Assembly: GCA_963708365.1 (NCBI GenBank)
Contig: CAVPSM010000011.1
Coordinates: forward strand, 67,606-131,605
Length of the DNA: 64,000 nt
Direction of reading: 5' to 3'
Origin: an uncultured Actinomycetes bacterium
GTDB lineage: Bacteria; Actinomycetota; Thermoleophilia; Gaiellales; JAICJC01
Made by a program: the position numbers and the translations under genes. Positions 61,073 to 64,000 of the stretch are shown here, piece after piece. Position 1 is the stretch's first letter; every line of letters begins with the position of its first letter. The notes under the pieces were generated by a model. It was given only the letters and a program-made list of their open reading frames with translations, was not told the DNA's origin and did no database searches.

Positions 61073-62413
61073 TCACGCCGGGACGAGCGCCCTCCGCAGC
61101 GCAGGATCGATCGGCCGGTTCGGGGCCGGTTGCGGCTCCGTGTCGGTCTCCGGGCCTCGCATCATCACACGGTAGGCGATTGCAGCCGCCACCAGCATGA
61201 TCGGAAGCCGTTCGGTGATCTCGTAGTAGGGCACCTGGATCAGCGCTATCAGCAGCGTCACGTGCGCCCAGAACGCCCATGGCGAGCGCCAGCGAGCCGA
61301 CCGGAAAAGGGTGTAGAAGAACCACAGCATCCACAGGCCGAGGCCGGGGATACCGTGCGAGAAGACGAGCAGGAAGATCTCGCTCTCCGTGCCGACCGAG
61401 CTCTGCGTCGGGTCGGAGGACGGCAGCGGCGCCCCGAACCCGAGCAGCGGCGAGTCGAAGAGCCGCTGCTGGGCCTCCTGGTCGCGCTGGATCCGACCGG
61501 TGTCGCCGGTCTTGTGCTGGAACCGGCCCTGGGCGAGGTCGCCCAGCGGGCTGAACGCCACGACGGCGGCGAGGAGCGCGAGCACCGCCAGCACGCGGCG
61601 GACCTGGCGGAAGTCCCCGCGCATCGCGAAGCGGATCGTCGCGTAGATGATGCCGATGCCGAGGCTGAGCCAGAGGCCGCGGTTGAGCGAGAACACCACC
61701 GGAACAAGCGAGAGGGCCATCGCGATCTGCAGCGTCCGTCTCCATGAACGCGACCTGGCCTGGGTCATCGCGCAGATCGCGAACGGCGTGAGCATCGCAA
61801 AGCTCGAGCCCCAGGCGTTCGTGTACGGGAAGAAGGTCTCGGGCCGCCCGACGGGGAAGCCGAGGAAATGCTGCACCTCTGCGAACTGCAGGTGGACGTG
61901 CTCGAACACGTACTGGTTGTGCAGGAGCCCGTGGGGGAGCACGTACTGCATCGGGCTGGCGAAGCTGACGTTCGGGAAGAGCACTCCCAGCCACCCGCCG
62001 AACACGATCAGGATCCAGTAGAACGCGAGCGAGTTCACGATCGTGCGAATGGAGAGCTTCCAGTCGGGCACGTTCACGATGTAGAGGAAGATCACGGTGC
62101 CGGCGCCGTAGAACGACGCCCGCCAGGCCCAGGCGATCATCCGCCCCGTGTTGGTGAGCTCGATGCCGGAGGCGCAGATCCACAGCACCAGGAGCAGCCA
62201 GATCCCGAACCGGCGCGGCGCCTGCATGTCACCTCGGCGAAGCGCAAGCGAGCCCGCCAGCGGGAGCGCGATCAGGACCCAGACGACCGCCGAGAGGCCG
62301 ATGAGCCAGAACAGCGGCAGCAGCCCGAACATCGCGTAGGCCTGCCAGCCCTGTGGCAGCACCCATCCCGGGGGCAGGTTGAGATTGGCCGGTGCAGCCT
62401 TGATCCGTCGCAT
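61073..62413 (-). CDS. O-antigen ligase / polymerase-like (Wzy_C family) polytopic membrane protein
   Basis: 446 aa, more than 10 TM helices, with a large loop before the last helices (FQHKTGDTGRIQRDQEAQQRLFDSPLLGFG), as in Wzy/WaaL-type proteins. Confidence 0.75.
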   Translation of the reverse strand: MRRIKAAPANLNLPPGWVLPQGWQAYAMFGLLPLFWLIGLSAVVWVLIALPLAGSLALRRGDMQAPRRFGIWLLLVLWICASGIELTNTGRMIAWAWRASFYGAGTVIFLYIVNVPDWKLSIRTIVNSLAFYWILIVFGGWLGVLFPNVSFASPMQYVLPHGLLHNQYVFEHVHLQFAEVQHFLGFPVGRPETFFPYTNAWGSSFAMLTPFAICAMTQARSRSWRRTLQIAMALSLVPVVFSLNRGLWLSLGIGIIYATIRFAMRGDFRQVRRVLAVLALLAAVVAFSPLGDLAQGRFQHKTGDTGRIQRDQEAQQRLFDSPLLGFGAPLPSSDPTQSSVGTESEIFLLVFSHGIPGLGLWMLWFFYTLFRSARWRSPWAFWAHVTLLIALIQVPYYEITERLPIMLVAAAIAYRVMMRGPETDTEPQPAPNRPIDPALRRALVPA

Positions 62414-62419
62414 GATGTC

Positions 62420-63361
62420 CTAGACGTGCTGGCGCAGGTAGCCGTAGCGGAGCAGGAGCGGCCACGTCACGAGCACGACGATCGATCGCGTCTTCGTGGC
62501 CATGCCGGTGCGCCAGGCCTCGTCGGTGCGCACCTTCTGGCGGCCATGGGCGAACCGCATCGGGTTGCCTCGCACGCTGTGCTGCCCGGAGACCTCGACC
62601 GAGTCGCCGACCGCGGAGAGGTCGTGCTCGCCGGCCTCGCCCATCTCGGCGAACATCCGCTCGAGCTCGCCGCGGGGATCGGCCGCGAGCGACTCGTACC
62701 GCATCCCGACGGTCGGGACGCGCAGCCGCCGCAGCACCTCGAAGGCGAGGTTGCACTCCATCCAGCGGACACCCGCCTTCAGAGGCGAGAACTCCTGGAA
62801 GAACGCGTCGCCGTTCGTGATCTCGGGCCGGGCCATCCGCTTCGCCCACGAGTGGGCGGCCCCGCGGCTGTCGCGAACGAGGTGCAGCACCCGCAGCCGC
62901 AGGCCCGACGCCTGCGCAGCGCGCAGGAAGTACGCGTAGGGCGGATTCTTGGTCGAGTCGACGACCACCTCGGCGCCGGACACCTTCTGGATCGCCCGGT
63001 AGACGCCCGCGGTCAGCTCGGCGTAGCGCTGCACCTTGCGGTGGTGCTCGGGGGCGAGCTTGCCCATCAGGAGCAGCGGGACGTTACGGTGGCGCAGGAC
63101 GGCGCTCTCGAGCTCGAGCACCTCGTTCACGTCGACGTTCTGCCAGCCGCCGAACGCCTCCTGCCCGACGGCCGTCCAGAACGGGCACTCGTCGAAGGAC
63201 AGGCCGCAGCCGCAGAGCTCGTTGCCCTCCGGCCCCGCCTGCCACACGTAGCGCAGCTCGCCGACCGAGACGAAGCCCGGCACCTCGGCGAGGACGTGGG
63301 CGAGCAGCGTCGAGCCGCTCCTCCCCCACCCGCCGATGTAGAGGACGGGGACGTCGCTCAC
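62420..63361 (-). CDS. sulfotransferase family protein (ST3)
   Basis: 313 aa. VLYIGGWGRSGSTLLAHVLA N-terminal PAPS motif and RVLHLVRDSRGAAHSW 3'-PB-like motif. Cys-rich insert ELCGCGLSFDECPFW. Confidence 0.8.
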   Translation of the reverse strand: MSDVPVLYIGGWGRSGSTLLAHVLAEVPGFVSVGELRYVWQAGPEGNELCGCGLSFDECPFWTAVGQEAFGGWQNVDVNEVLELESAVLRHRNVPLLLMGKLAPEHHRKVQRYAELTAGVYRAIQKVSGAEVVVDSTKNPPYAYFLRAAQASGLRLRVLHLVRDSRGAAHSWAKRMARPEITNGDAFFQEFSPLKAGVRWMECNLAFEVLRRLRVPTVGMRYESLAADPRGELERMFAEMGEAGEHDLSAVGDSVEVSGQHSVRGNPMRFAHGRQKVRTDEAWRTGMATKTRSIVVLVTWPLLLRYGYLRQHV

Positions 63362-63990
63362 GCCGGCCGCCGGGTCGCGGGATCCGAGCCCACGGCGCGG
63401 CGCCTGGCCGTGCGCGTCCGGTCGAGAAGCTCGTCGATCAGCTGCTCGAACGCCTCGACCGCCGGGCCGGGGCCAACGCCGGCGGGCGGCAGCTCGGCGG
63501 CGGAGCCAGCCAGGCCGAGGGCGCCGTCGAGGCAGGAGCGCACCTCCTCGTCGGACTGGGCCAGCAGGATGGCCCCGTCGCGGGCGATGCGCTGGGTGAA
63601 GGCGAGCTGGTGGTCATCGACGTGCTCGCCGAACTGCTTGCGGCGCGGGACGACGATGGGGCGCTTGCCGAGCGTCGAGGCGAGCATGATCGTTCCCGGC
63701 CCGCCGTGGCAGACGACGACCGCCGCCTCGCGCACCATCTCCTCCATCTCCTCGTGACCGAGGTACTGGCGATGCTCGGCCAGCTTCGGGACCGCCGAGG
63801 TGCCGGTCTGCACGAAGCAGCGGGCGACGTCGGAGCCGCCGGCTTCGAGCCAGCCGTCGATGAAGCGCGACATCCGGTCGAACGGGTGGTAGTCCGTGCC
63901 GACCGTGACGAAGACGAGTGGCAGCTGCGCGCTCAGAACAGGCCGCCGATCACGCGCGCGCCGGGGTAGAACTTGCGCTGCTCCTCCCAC
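63358..63990 (-). CDS. glycosyltransferase family 28 C-terminal domain protein (Alg13 / PssE / Cps14G-like); start uncertain
   Basis: LVFVTVGTDYHPFDRM ... VVCHGGPGTIMLASTLGKRPIVVPR ... GEHVDDHQLAFTQRIA is the Alg13-like half of a split UDP-sugar transferase. The only canonical in-frame start is GTG 63990, which overlaps the upstream gene by 57 nt. Confidence 0.7.
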   Translation of the reverse strand: MGGAAQVLPRRARDRRPVLSAQLPLVFVTVGTDYHPFDRMSRFIDGWLEAGGSDVARCFVQTGTSAVPKLAEHRQYLGHEEMEEMVREAAVVVCHGGPGTIMLASTLGKRPIVVPRRKQFGEHVDDHQLAFTQRIARDGAILLAQSDEEVRSCLDGALGLAGSAAELPPAGVGPGPAVEAFEQLIDELLDRTRTARRRAVGSDPATRRPA

Positions 63991-64000
63991 TGCACCACGA
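63933..64000 (-). CDS. Alg14 / PssD-like membrane-anchor subunit of split glycosyltransferase, C-terminal end only (gene enters from right edge)
   Basis: The reverse frame ends VVQWEEQRKFYPGARVIGGLF-stop (TGA 63933-63935). V.WE.....YP.A...G.LF is the typical Alg14-family C-terminus. It is adjacent to its Alg13-like partner. Confidence 0.5.
   Translation of the reverse strand, partial: VVQWEEQRKFYPGARVIGGLF

Overview
This is 64 kb of very GC-rich (about 70% by eye) bacterial chromosome with actinobacterial-type core synteny. All family calls come from motif and architecture recognition on the translated ORF track; no database search was run.

**Gene order, left to right**
- VOC protein
- family 1 encapsulin with a DyP peroxidase cargo
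- an arsC locus with a truncated aquaporin
- CPA1 antiporter
- ABC-2 exporter
- CtaG-like protein
- TetR and ClC channel
- tRNA-Ala
- rsfS-nadD-obg-rpmA-rplU-rne, preceded by a radical-SAM/DUF2344 pair
- rodA-mrdA-mreDC, uppP, mreB, maf, ndk, folC, valS
- lysE
- clpX-clpP-tig
- CPA2 antiporter
- a GntR-flanked peptide/gamma-glutamyl utilisation island (Dpp-like ABC transporter split into two blocks, acyl-CoA synthetase, PanE-like reductase, GGT, FAD oxidase)
- a tRNA-Leu/His/Arg cluster with small ORFs, including a superinfection-immunity-family protein
- an OmpR/histidine-kinase pair
- phosphoesterase and a GH5 lipoprotein
- at the right edge, a tightly coupled Wzx/Wzy-type glycan operon with three divergent sulfotransferases

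**Most interesting candidate.** The sulfotransferase-rich glycan operon predicts a multiply sulfated surface polysaccharide and is the best candidate for a new system.

**Main caveat.** At least 17 conserved genes, including essential rpmA, rplU, obg, rne and nadD, are broken by +/-1 frameshifts. This most likely reflects uncorrected indel errors in the assembly rather than real pseudogenes. End coordinates of those genes are approximate.

**Not found.** No CRISPR array, rRNA, integrase or intact transposase was seen. The many long antisense ORFs are GC-driven artefacts.
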